From Phycisphaerales bacterium (GTDB lineage Bacteria > Planctomycetota > Phycisphaerae > Phycisphaerales > UBA1924), in NCBI GenBank assembly GCA_965227775.1, contig OZ245777.1:1152001-1216000 (forward strand): a DNA stretch of 64,000 bases. The letters run 5' to 3'. Position 1 is the first letter of the stretch. The number at the start of each line of letters is the position of its first letter. Positions 53,721-62,885 of this stretch are shown piece by piece. The position numbers and the translations under genes were made by a program. Under the pieces are notes generated by a model that saw only the letters and a program-made list of their open reading frames with translations, did not search any database and was not told where the DNA came from.

Positions 53721-55487
53721 ATGAGTTCGCTTGACTCCCATGCCGGTTCGGTCCCGCACGGCGGTGGCCACCATGGGTCGTATCTGACTTCGAAGGGAAG
53801 TCTGTGGGCCGACATCGCCAACTGGGCGACGACCGTCGACCACAAGAAGATCGGCGTCATGTACCTGACGGCGCTGCTCATCCTCTTCTTCTTGGGCGGC
53901 GTGATGGCCTTGGCCGTTCGTCTCGAGCTGCTCGAGCCGACGCGTATCATGGTCAACGCCGCGGGCGAGAGCGTTACGACCGGCCAGCGTCTGGCCTTCC
54001 TCGCCGGCGATAACGCCACGGCGAGCAATATCTACAACCGCGCCATGACCCTTCACGGCGCGATCATGACGTTCATGTTCATCGTGCCGGGCATCCCCGC
54101 CAGCCTGGGCAACTTCTTCCTGCCGCTCATGATCGGTGCGAAGGACGTTGCCTTCCCCCGCCTGAATCTGGGCAGCTGGTACGTGTACGTCTTCGGCTCG
54201 CTCTTCGCCCTGGCGTCGGCACTGGTTGGTGGCATCGACACGGGCTGGACGCTCTACACCCCATACTCAACCATGACCGACGCCGACCACTGGCGATTGG
54301 TCGCGATGATTACGGGCGTGTTCATCATGGGCTTCAGTTCCATCATGACGGGCCTGAATTTCGTGGTGACGGTGCACAAGCTCCGCGCGCCAGGCATGGG
54401 CTGGTTCGACATGCCCCTGTTCGTGTGGGCTATCTATGCGACCGCCATCATCCAGGTGCTCGCGACCCCGGTCATCGGTATCACCACGCTCATGCTCATC
54501 TTCGAGCGACTGTTTAACTTCGGCCTGTTTGACCCGCGCATGGGCGGCGACCCCGTACTCTTCCAGCACTTCTTCTGGTTCTACAGCCACCCCGTGGTGT
54601 ACATCATGATCCTGCCAGCCTTCGGCGTGATCAGCGAGACCATCACGGTCCACGCCCGCAAGCCGATCTTCGGCTATCGCTCGGTCGCGTTCGCGTCGCT
54701 GGGCATCGCCGCGGTGAGCTTCCTCGTGTGGGGCCACCACATGTTTACGAGCCAGGGCGAGCTGACGGCCGCGATCTTCAGTTTCCTGACCTTCTTCGTG
54801 GCCGTGCCGACCGCCATCAAGGTGTTCAACTGGATCGCCACGCTCTACAAGGGCTCGATCGTGTTCAACACGCCGATGCTCTACACGCTCGGCTTCCTGT
54901 TCCTGTTCACCATCGGCGGCCTGACCGGCCTGCCCCTGGCCACGCTGTCGACCGACATGCACCTCCATGATTCGTACTACGTCGTGGCACACTTCCACTA
55001 CGTCATGTTCGGCGGCACCGTCATCGCCTTCCTCGCGGGCATGCACCACTGGTGGCCCAAGATGTTCGGCAAGATGTACGCCGAGACACCGGCCAAGCTC
55101 GGCTTCTGGCTGGTCTTCCTGGGCTTCAACGTGACCTTCTTCATCCAGTTCATCATGGGTGCGCACGGCATGCCGCGCCGGTATGCCAGCTATCCCGACG
55201 AGTTCCAGTGGATGCACATCATCTCCACCGTGGGTTCGTGGATGCTGCTGGCCGGCTTCCTGGTCCACCTGTTCACGTTCATCCATGCCTTGCTGCAGGG
55301 CAAGACGGTTTCGGCTAACCCCTGGGGCGGCATGACGCTCGAGTGGGTTGCCGACTCGCCGCCGGACGAGCACAATTTCGCGCACGAGCCAATCGTCAAG
55401 CACGGTCCATACGCGTACGACCAGGTTGTGCCCCCGAACACCGATCCCGAGGACTATCCGCTGCCGGAGAAGTCCGACCCGCACTGA
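53721..55487 (+). CDS. ctaD: Cytochrome c oxidase subunit I (type A2)
   Basis: DHKKIG, TLHG, KDVAFPRLN, FWFYSHPVVY (YS motif of type A2), WGHHM, PTAIK, AHFHY, GMPRRY. Confidence 0.98.
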   Translation: MSSLDSHAGSVPHGGGHHGSYLTSKGSLWADIANWATTVDHKKIGVMYLTALLILFFLGGVMALAVRLELLEPTRIMVNAAGESVTTGQRLAFLAGDNATASNIYNRAMTLHGAIMTFMFIVPGIPASLGNFFLPLMIGAKDVAFPRLNLGSWYVYVFGSLFALASALVGGIDTGWTLYTPYSTMTDADHWRLVAMITGVFIMGFSSIMTGLNFVVTVHKLRAPGMGWFDMPLFVWAIYATAIIQVLATPVIGITTLMLIFERLFNFGLFDPRMGGDPVLFQHFFWFYSHPVVYIMILPAFGVISETITVHARKPIFGYRSVAFASLGIAAVSFLVWGHHMFTSQGELTAAIFSFLTFFVAVPTAIKVFNWIATLYKGSIVFNTPMLYTLGFLFLFTIGGLTGLPLATLSTDMHLHDSYYVVAHFHYVMFGGTVIAFLAGMHHWWPKMFGKMYAETPAKLGFWLVFLGFNVTFFIQFIMGAHGMPRRYASYPDEFQWMHIISTVGSWMLLAGFLVHLFTFIHALLQGKTVSANPWGGMTLEWVADSPPDEHNFAHEPIVKHGPYAYDQVVPPNTDPEDYPLPEKSDPH

Positions 55488-55574
55488 GTCTTTCCGATCG
55501 CGGCCGGTCCGCCGGCGTGGCGTCGCTTCGAGCCTTGGAACCCGAACGAGCGTGTCAGCCAAAGAGAGCCCCGC

Positions 55575-56267
55575 ATGAGCACCATCAACCCACCCTCAGG
55601 CCGAGACCTGCCCGCGAGGCCGACCCTGCCTCACGACACCGTGGAGAAGGGTCACCACTGGCGGACGAAGGACGACGAGTTCGATGCCGGCAAGCTCGGC
55701 ATGTGGCTCTTCCTGGGCACCGAGGTGCTGCTCTTCGCCGGACTGTTCTGCGGCTACGCGATCATGCGCATGCTCTACCCCGAGGCCTTTGCCAACGGGT
55801 CGCACTACCTCAACTGGGTGTACGGCGGTGCGAACACGCTCATCCTGCTATGGTCGAGCTACACGATGGCCGCGGCCATCCGCCACACGCAACTGGGTGA
55901 TCGCGCGCGGGCACAGATCTGCCTGGTCATTACTTGGTTCTGCGCACTGGCCTTCCTGCTGATCAAGTTCATCTTCGAGTACGGGCCGAAGTGGGCAGAG
56001 GGCAAGCGTCCGGGCGTGCTGTTCGACTATCCGTACGCCCAGAATGCCATGGAGCCCATGTGGTGGTCGCTCTACTACGCAGCGACGGGCATCCACGCGT
56101 CGCACGTGGTCATCGGCATGGGCCTCATCGGCTGGCTGATCTATAAGAACGCCAAGGGCTGGTACGGCCCCAAGAACTACCTGGCGATGGAGAACATCGG
56201 CCTGTACTGGCACATCGTTGATCTCATCTGGATCTTCCTCTTCCCCCTCCTGTACCTGATCCACTAA
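55575..56267 (+). CDS. coxC: Cytochrome c oxidase subunit III
   Basis: GMWLFLGTE, TGIHASHV, GLYWHIVDLIWIFLFPLLY. Confidence 0.95.
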   Translation: MSTINPPSGRDLPARPTLPHDTVEKGHHWRTKDDEFDAGKLGMWLFLGTEVLLFAGLFCGYAIMRMLYPEAFANGSHYLNWVYGGANTLILLWSSYTMAAAIRHTQLGDRARAQICLVITWFCALAFLLIKFIFEYGPKWAEGKRPGVLFDYPYAQNAMEPMWWSLYYAATGIHASHVVIGMGLIGWLIYKNAKGWYGPKNYLAMENIGLYWHIVDLIWIFLFPLLYLIH

Positions 56268-56311
56268 GCCGCGGGAATTCGCACGCCACTCGCCTTCGTT
56301 CGGAGCCAGAC

Positions 56312-57085
56312 ATGAGCAGCGACAGCCAGCACGAGAATCCGCGGCCCGACCCGTCGACCATGACCGACGCGGAGTACGCCGACTACATGGCCGATCCGCA
56401 CGCGTTCCACCCCGAGCATCACGGGCCGGGTGAGCACGGTCACGACGGCGGAGACCATCACGTTACCAGCAAGTTCTTGCTGCGTGCCGTGCTGGGCATC
56501 CTGGTGTTCTTCACCATCCTCACCGTCGCCGCGTCTCGTGCTGAGATTTGGGTGGCCGAGGTGTTCGAACTGGAGATCCCCACGCTCGTCAACGTGTTTA
56601 TCGCGATGAGCATCGCCACGATCAAGGCGATCTTCGTTGTCGCGATCTTCATGCACCTCAAGTGGGACACCCGCCTGAACCTGCTTGTGTTCCTGTTCAC
56701 GCTCATGGGCGTGGGCCTGTTCATCGGCCTGACGGCGCTCGATCTGGGCAACCGCACCGAGATTTACGACTGGAAGGCGCAGCAGATTCAGCCCGGCGGC
56801 ATCGGCAATCTCACACGAGGCGAAGACGGCACCATCGGCGTCGCGATCTACCAGTTCGCCAAGGACAAGAAGATCCAGGAGATCGGCGAAGCAGCATTCG
56901 AGAAGAAGGCCGCCGAGAAGCACGGGCACCACGGCCATCATGAACCGATGCGTTCGGCCGACCGTACACGGGCCATGCATGGCCTGACGGCCGGGCTCTT
57001 CAGCCTCGAGGCTGCCGATGACCACGGCCATGACTCGCACGACAAGGAAGCCGGGCACGGTGATGACCACGGCGACGACCACTGA
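56312..57085 (+). CDS. Cytochrome c oxidase subunit IV family protein with His-rich extensions
   Basis: Core LTV...IATIKAIFVVAIFMHLKWD; long His-rich N- and C-terminal additions. Confidence 0.88.
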   Translation: MSSDSQHENPRPDPSTMTDAEYADYMADPHAFHPEHHGPGEHGHDGGDHHVTSKFLLRAVLGILVFFTILTVAASRAEIWVAEVFELEIPTLVNVFIAMSIATIKAIFVVAIFMHLKWDTRLNLLVFLFTLMGVGLFIGLTALDLGNRTEIYDWKAQQIQPGGIGNLTRGEDGTIGVAIYQFAKDKKIQEIGEAAFEKKAAEKHGHHGHHEPMRSADRTRAMHGLTAGLFSLEAADDHGHDSHDKEAGHGDDHGDDH

Positions 57086-57106
57086 CCCACGCATCGAACG
57101 GAGACC

Positions 57107-57994
57107 ATGACGACCACTGGGATCGAGTCCGAACGCAAGCCCTTCGCATGGCATCGCGGCAGAACCATCTGGCTCCTGACCGCCATCGTCAGCTTCGTGG
57201 CCGTTACTTTTCTTGCCTACTTCATGGCCCACCGCCTCGATCGCTACAACAGCGAATCGGGCCGCGAGCTCTACGTCTTCCAGCCTATCACCGCGCGTGA
57301 GTTCCTGTGGAACGACACATCTGTCAGCTTCACCGACGAGGTCGATGCCGATGGCGCTGACGTCGTGGTGCTGCAGTATGGCGACGAGACCGTTCGCCTG
57401 CGTTCCGGCCTCGAGTCGCTGCCGACCGAAGTGCCGGGCCTGCAACGCCACGATTCGTGGCTCAAGGTCCTCCGCTTCGCACCGCGGAGCGGCAAGTCGA
57501 TCGAAGATCTGCTCGCCGAGATCGATGCGGGCACGGCCGATGAGCGACTGGCTGTCGTCGTCAGACTGCAGCGGCCGGGCGTCGATCAGGACAGTTTCGG
57601 CCAGGTCATGCGCGGCGACTGGCGATTCCAGTTCGTGGAGTTGCTTCCGGAGGGGGGGTTCAACGAAGAGGTTCTGCGTTTCCCCGAGAGCGACCGGGCA
57701 TTCAACCGCCGGGTGAGTGCCGCACGCCGTGCTGGCGAGCCCGCCCCGGAACGCCGAAGCGACGAACTCACCTTTGGCACATGGCAGTTCGATGCTTCGT
57801 TAATGGTGATGCCCAAGAGCGGTCCCCCGGCCCCGCAGTTTGGCCGCGGCGCAATGGGTGCTCTCGGATGGACACTCCCGGTCGCCACGCTTCTCTTCTT
57901 CATCGCGACGATCTCGCTCGCGATGACGTTCGCGCCCGAGCGGGCCGAGCCGGCCAACGAGCAAGCGCGGGACGACGACGCTGCCGAGGCTTAA
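57107..57994 (+). CDS. Hypothetical membrane protein (N- and C-terminal TM helices, about 210-aa soluble loop), last gene of the cox operon
   Basis: GGAG RBS, 21 bp after subunit IV; two hydrophobic segments; stop overlaps the convergent gene. Confidence 0.75.
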   Translation: MTTTGIESERKPFAWHRGRTIWLLTAIVSFVAVTFLAYFMAHRLDRYNSESGRELYVFQPITAREFLWNDTSVSFTDEVDADGADVVVLQYGDETVRLRSGLESLPTEVPGLQRHDSWLKVLRFAPRSGKSIEDLLAEIDAGTADERLAVVVRLQRPGVDQDSFGQVMRGDWRFQFVELLPEGGFNEEVLRFPESDRAFNRRVSAARRAGEPAPERRSDELTFGTWQFDASLMVMPKSGPPAPQFGRGAMGALGWTLPVATLLFFIATISLAMTFAPERAEPANEQARDDDAAEA

Positions 57995-59061
57995 GTCGCT
58001 GACACCGGCGCACCGCCTGCCATGTTGTCGATCACCCACGGCCACGCAAGGATGATGGCGACCAGTAGCGCGAGAAGAAGCGCCCAGAACATCATCGCGT
58101 ACGTGCTGCCCGTGCGAGCCCGCAGTGTGTTGTAGACCGTGTACGGCCCAACGCCTTGCAGGCGGAACATTGCCATCGCGCTGAGATTGATGCAGATCAC
58201 GTTGGTGGCCGTCAGCATCAGCGCCCCCATCGCCTGCGCGAACGTTGCGTCACGGCTGACAAGGAGTAATCCAAAACTCACCAGCGGTGGTAGCAACGCA
58301 ACGGCCACCATGACGCCCACCAGGGCCGCCGGCACGCCCGTCGTCGCGGCCAGGGTGCCTGCGGCGCCGGCCCCGAGTGCGATGGCAATATCACTGGGCC
58401 TGGGCGTGGTCCGCGCCAGGATCTCGGGTGTCTGCGGATCGACCTGAGCGAACAGTCCGAAGACGATGGAGAGCACCGCCGCCAGCAACACGCCGATGAC
58501 GTTGGTCGTCAGGGCCCTTCGCGCGAGCTTGATGTCACCAATGGTCAACGCAAGCGAGAGCGCGAGGTTTGGGCCCAACAATGGCGCGATTACCATCGCC
58601 CCGATGATTACGGCTGGGCTGCTCTGGACCAATCCAGCGGCCGCGACGATGGTCGACAGAACGACCATCGCATAGTAAACACGTGTGTTCCTACCACCCG
58701 CGGAGACCTCGGCGATCAGCTCGTCGCTCGCGACTCGCCCGCCAAAGAACGCCCTTCTCCTGGGCCCGTCGTCCTCATCTTCCGGTGCCTTTGGCGCTGG
58801 TGGCGCCGCTTCCTCGATCTGTGGCCGCGTTGCCTCGATCGCTTCGAGTATCAACCGAAAACCATCGACGGCCGCATACTGAGCGTCGAGCATCCGGACG
58901 ATGTCGTCGCAGTCCTCCTTGGCGAGCACGACGCTCACACGCACGCGGCCATCGTTAATCGGTTCGATCCAAAGCGTGTTGGGCTCGCGGCGACCGAGCA
59001 ATTCCACGACCTCGACGTCGTGGCGCTTGGGGAGCACGATCTGGAGGAGTCGCAGCGCCAT
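57991..59061 (-). CDS. TIGR00341/DUF389-family membrane protein
   Basis: STIVAAAGL...SPAVIIGAMVIAPLLGP, EILART, LVGVMVAVALLPP, NVICINL. Confidence 0.9.
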   Translation of the reverse strand: MALRLLQIVLPKRHDVEVVELLGRREPNTLWIEPINDGRVRVSVVLAKEDCDDIVRMLDAQYAAVDGFRLILEAIEATRPQIEEAAPPAPKAPEDEDDGPRRRAFFGGRVASDELIAEVSAGGRNTRVYYAMVVLSTIVAAAGLVQSSPAVIIGAMVIAPLLGPNLALSLALTIGDIKLARRALTTNVIGVLLAAVLSIVFGLFAQVDPQTPEILARTTPRPSDIAIALGAGAAGTLAATTGVPAALVGVMVAVALLPPLVSFGLLLVSRDATFAQAMGALMLTATNVICINLSAMAMFRLQGVGPYTVYNTLRARTGSTYAMMFWALLLALLVAIILAWPWVIDNMAGGAPVSAT

Positions 59062-59087
59062 GGCGGGCCAATGCTACGCTGCGTCGA

Positions 59088-60068
59088 TCAGCGCACCTGG
59101 GTGCTGCCTAGGCCGAGCTGCTCGCGCTTGGCCTGCCACTCGGCGTTCTCGCGCTTGTTGTCGCTGGCCAGCTCGCCCGCCCCACCCTTGGCGAGGTCGG
59201 CAATCGCATCGATCTCAAGCCGCGTCAGCCGCAGGCTCTCGAGGTGGTAGTCGCGCCAGGCCTCCATGGTCACCGGAGCGATCGGCGCGATCAGATCGTG
59301 CATCGCTTGTGCATAATCGCGAATCTCCCGCTGCGCGTGCGGATCGAGCCGGAGCTTGAGGAACCGCAGGATGTTGTGCAAGTCGCACTTCCAGTACCAC
59401 TGCGTGAACTGGCTCGTTGGGAGTCCTACGCGTGCAAGCTCGCGGCTTACGCCCTTCTCGATGAGGTCTTCGTACTTCTTGTACAATCCTTCGACGTGGT
59501 CGAGGTACTCGACGAACTGCTCGGCCGTGTGCAACTCCTCCGCATCGCGCGCGTCGAACACGTCCTCGCCGCCCTGGCGATTGCTCGTGCTCTGCTTGCG
59601 CACGTGCTCGCGGTCGACTCGATAGAACCGATCGGGCATCACAGAATACCTGCCCGAGTACTCATTCACGTTTGCCGTGCGGTGGCGGATCCACTGCCGG
59701 GCCACGAAGATCGGCATCGACACATGGAACTTGAACTCGACCATCTCAAAGGGCGTCGTGTGCTCGTGCCGAAGCAGGTAGCGGATGAGCCCGCGGTCTT
59801 CGTTCACCTTCTTCGTGCCCGCCCCATAGCTCACGCGCGCCGCCTGCACCACCGCCTGGTCGGCCGTCTGCCCCTCGGGCACCAGCCGCGGCATCGAGTC
59901 GACCAGCGCCACGAATCCGTGCTCGTGCAGCGGAATCGTCCATCGGCTGGCCCCGCCCATCACGTCGACCATCTGGCCCTCGGGCTCGGCCCGCTCTGCC
60001 CCGGCCGGCGGGGCGAAGAGGGGCCCGGGCTTGTTCTCGACGCTGATGGCAGAGTGGGGGTGGCTCAT
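59088..60068 (-). CDS. thyX: FAD-dependent thymidylate synthase
   Basis: AARVSY, HTTPFE, RQWIRHRTANVNEYSGRY (RHRX7S), LRLDPHAQREIR. Start uncertain. Confidence 0.96.
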   Translation of the reverse strand: MSHPHSAISVENKPGPLFAPPAGAERAEPEGQMVDVMGGASRWTIPLHEHGFVALVDSMPRLVPEGQTADQAVVQAARVSYGAGTKKVNEDRGLIRYLLRHEHTTPFEMVEFKFHVSMPIFVARQWIRHRTANVNEYSGRYSVMPDRFYRVDREHVRKQSTSNRQGGEDVFDARDAEELHTAEQFVEYLDHVEGLYKKYEDLIEKGVSRELARVGLPTSQFTQWYWKCDLHNILRFLKLRLDPHAQREIRDYAQAMHDLIAPIAPVTMEAWRDYHLESLRLTRLEIDAIADLAKGGAGELASDNKRENAEWQAKREQLGLGSTQVR

Positions 60069-60132
60069 GGGGCAATATATCGCGGCACTATCGGGATGGC
60101 CTGTCGTTTATCACTGTGACGGCTCATCCGGA

Positions 60133-60810
60133 CTAAGGTACTTCGCCTGACGCAAGAGGCGTCGCCGTGAGAGTCTCCGGCGGGTTCGGGTCGCTCTCCA
60201 CCGTTATCTCAACCTCCCAGGCTTGGTCGAGCGAGGCCTCGTCGGGGTTGTCCTGGCACAGCATAACGCGCAGTGGCTTGCCGAACGTATCCGTGAACCG
60301 CAGGCCTCCAGAGTCCTCACCAGCACCGATCTCTTTGGTGGCTAGGACGTGTTCGCCATTGTCTACGAACACCCGAAGCCTTGGAACGGCCAGCCACTTG
60401 CCCCGCCTGCCGGGTAGCTTCATGCATTGAATGCGAACGTCTCGCCAGCCTTCACACGGCCCCCAGCCCTCTACGTTCCATGTGTGATAGATGTCACAGC
60501 ACCGGACGGTCCAACTGATGCGGGTCCGCGTGGCGTACTTGTGCTGATTCCGTTGGGCCTGCCGCAGTTGAATTGTGGCGAAAGAAAGCACGAACGCCGC
60601 TACCACTAGTTCCGCCGTTACAAGGAAGATCATGCCGCCAGGGGGAGAGAACCGCCAGAACGCGGCCAGAATCACTGCGTTTAGAATGGCAAAGACAATG
60701 AGAATCGATAAGATCCGCCGAGCGGACTCGACTTTGTTCTGCGAGACCTCCTCGACCTTCGTGCGCTCGACTTCGATCGCTTCGGGAGTCGGGATGCTCG
60801 TCTCAGCCAT
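60133..60810 (-). CDS. Hypothetical 2-TM protein (paralog 1)
   Basis: Two TM helices, then a beta-rich domain aligning without gaps to the neighbouring gene; start overlaps the paralog 2 stop. Confidence 0.8.
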   Translation of the reverse strand: MAETSIPTPEAIEVERTKVEEVSQNKVESARRILSILIVFAILNAVILAAFWRFSPPGGMIFLVTAELVVAAFVLSFATIQLRQAQRNQHKYATRTRISWTVRCCDIYHTWNVEGWGPCEGWRDVRIQCMKLPGRRGKWLAVPRLRVFVDNGEHVLATKEIGAGEDSGGLRFTDTFGKPLRVMLCQDNPDEASLDQAWEVEITVESDPNPPETLTATPLASGEVP

Positions 60811-61483
60811 CACCAGCGTCCGGCTTGCCAGTATCCACCGGACTCGCCACCAGCGTCTCCGGCGGGTTGGGATCGCCTCTCACGGAGATCTTCACTTCCC
60901 ACGGGAGCTCGTCCGAAGCCGCATCGGGCTTCGCCTGAGCGATCATGATGCGGAGTGGTCGGTTGTCTTTGTCCGTGAAGGAAACTGATATATTGTTGTC
61001 TGAATCCTGGAGCTCTCGGCTGAGAAGCGAACGCCGCTCGTTGTCCACCATGACTTTCAGCGACGGGATCGCCAGCATCTTGCCCTTCCGCTTGGGCAGA
61101 CGCACGCACTCGATCGCAACGTCGCGCCATCCCTCGCACGACTCGAGGCCCTCGACGTCCCACGCGTGCTCGATGTCACGGCACTTCAGGTTCCAGGCTG
61201 CCCGCACCCGCGATGCGTAGTTCGGAAGATTCTTGTGTGCACGATACCAGAAGAAGCCGGCAACGCCCATGCAGACCAGAGTCATGGTGATCTGGAATGC
61301 CAGAAAGAGGAAGAACACATTCCGTGGCACCGTGAAGTGCGTCACGATGGCAGCAATTGGCAAGAGGGTCGCAAAGCCAACCACGAAAAGAAACAGTGTT
61401 CGCGCTGAGTCGGCCTTGGTCTTGGCCTGCTCTATGAACTCCGTACGCGGCAGCGTGATCGTGTGCTGTGCGGTGCCTGACAT
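60803..61483 (-). CDS. Hypothetical 2-TM protein (paralog 2)
   Basis: Same architecture; shares CEGWRDV and DPNPPETL. ATG 61483 chosen because it gives a matching length and avoids the upstream terminator. Confidence 0.8.
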   Translation of the reverse strand: MSGTAQHTITLPRTEFIEQAKTKADSARTLFLFVVGFATLLPIAAIVTHFTVPRNVFFLFLAFQITMTLVCMGVAGFFWYRAHKNLPNYASRVRAAWNLKCRDIEHAWDVEGLESCEGWRDVAIECVRLPKRKGKMLAIPSLKVMVDNERRSLLSRELQDSDNNISVSFTDKDNRPLRIMIAQAKPDAASDELPWEVKISVRGDPNPPETLVASPVDTGKPDAGDG

Positions 61484-61519
61484 GCCCGAAGATAGGCCGC
61501 GGTGCGCGACTCGCGCACG

Positions 61520-61544
61520 AAAAAACCCGCCCCACCGGCGGGTT
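61520..61544 (-). terminator. Rho-independent terminator of the TlpA gene
   Basis: Minus strand reads AACCCGCC-GGTGG-GGCGGGTT followed by TTTT. Confidence 0.75.
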
Positions 61545-61577
61545 GCTTCTCGGTCTTGGTCAGAACTTCGGTTGGCC

Positions 61578-62744
61578 TTAGCCTTCCTGCTCCTCACCTT
61601 CGAGCTCGATCGGCTCGATGCCAAGCAACTCGGGGATCATGTCATCGAGCTGGCCGCGAGCGTTGGGGGTCACCAGGCGACCCTGCTGATCGACCAGGAA
61701 GATCGCCGGAATCGAGCGCACCTTCCAGCCGCTGGAGAACTCGCTGTTCCAGCCGTTGCCCTGGTAGTACTGCGGCCAAGTCACATCGTTGGCCGCAACC
61801 CAGTTGCGCAGCTTGAGCAGGCCGTCCTGGCTCGGATCTTCCTCGTTGCGAGGCGCGTCGAGGCTGACGCCGATAAACTCGACGCCCTTGTCCTTGTAAG
61901 CCGCGTACAGCTTCTTCATGTGCGGCATCTCGGCGATGCACGGGCCGCACCACGTTGCCCAGAAGTCGACCACGACGACCTTGCCGCGCAGCTTGCTCAT
62001 GTCGATGGGCTCGCCGCTGGTGGCTTCCTCGAAGCTCAGCTCGAAGGGCTTGCCGATCTGGTCGAGCTGGTAGACCTTTGCCGCGGCCTGCTTGCCCTCG
62101 CGGGTATCGGCGTAGTCGGCCGCGAGCAAGCGGTAGGTCTTCTCGACCTTGGCCGAATCGGACTCGTAGTACGTCGTCATCATGATGAGCGACGCGTTTC
62201 GAGGATCGTCGGGCGCGGCGGCGGCAAACAGCTTGGCCGCCTCGCCAACCTTCTGAGGGTCAAACTGCGTCGTGCGACCCACCGCGTTGGCGTGCGCGAA
62301 CAGGGCCTCGGCCTTCATCGCCTTGTCGTCGGTCTTGCCGGCCAGTGCTTTCGTCTCGGCCAGCACCTGATCGGCCTCGCCCATGCCCATCATGGCGTTC
62401 CAGCGGACGGGCATCAGCTCGATGAGCTGGTCGTGCGCGGGATGGCTGTGGAACAACTCGCCGATGAGCTCGGCTTGCTTCCGCATCGCCTCGGTCCGCG
62501 CGGACATGAACTCGTCCCGGTATCCCTCCTCGGTCCGGCGGCTGGAGTCCCACCGCGGCATCTCCACCGCTTCGTAGTCAGCGATGATCTTCTCGGCCGC
62601 ACGGTGGGCGCCCACCATCTGGCTCGGGGCATTGCCGGCTTCCTGGTTCCCGTCTTGGGCAAAGGCCGGGGTGCTCAGGCTCGCGGCGATGATGGCCGCG
62701 CCAGCGAGGCGGATGAGGGTCGCACGTCGATCACGCATGGTCAT
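61578..62744 (-). CDS. TlpA/ResA-family thiol-disulfide oxidoreductase, exported
   Basis: GKVVVVDFWATWCGPC, IGVSLD, cis-Pro SIP; signal peptide AFA|QD; helical N-terminal region. Confidence 0.92.
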   Translation of the reverse strand: MTMRDRRATLIRLAGAAIIAASLSTPAFAQDGNQEAGNAPSQMVGAHRAAEKIIADYEAVEMPRWDSSRRTEEGYRDEFMSARTEAMRKQAELIGELFHSHPAHDQLIELMPVRWNAMMGMGEADQVLAETKALAGKTDDKAMKAEALFAHANAVGRTTQFDPQKVGEAAKLFAAAAPDDPRNASLIMMTTYYESDSAKVEKTYRLLAADYADTREGKQAAAKVYQLDQIGKPFELSFEEATSGEPIDMSKLRGKVVVVDFWATWCGPCIAEMPHMKKLYAAYKDKGVEFIGVSLDAPRNEEDPSQDGLLKLRNWVAANDVTWPQYYQGNGWNSEFSSGWKVRSIPAIFLVDQQGRLVTPNARGQLDDMIPELLGIEPIELEGEEQEG

Positions 62745-62885
62745 GGTCTGCTCCTGCTGCTCGGCTCGTGTGGCCGGCCATTGCCGCCGCGGCTCGCGCG
62801 GCGTGGGTCTCTGCGCAGTATAGAGGAATGCGCGTCGCCCGCGCATTGGGGGATATGCGGACGTTTGGCCCGCGTTACCGCCGAT

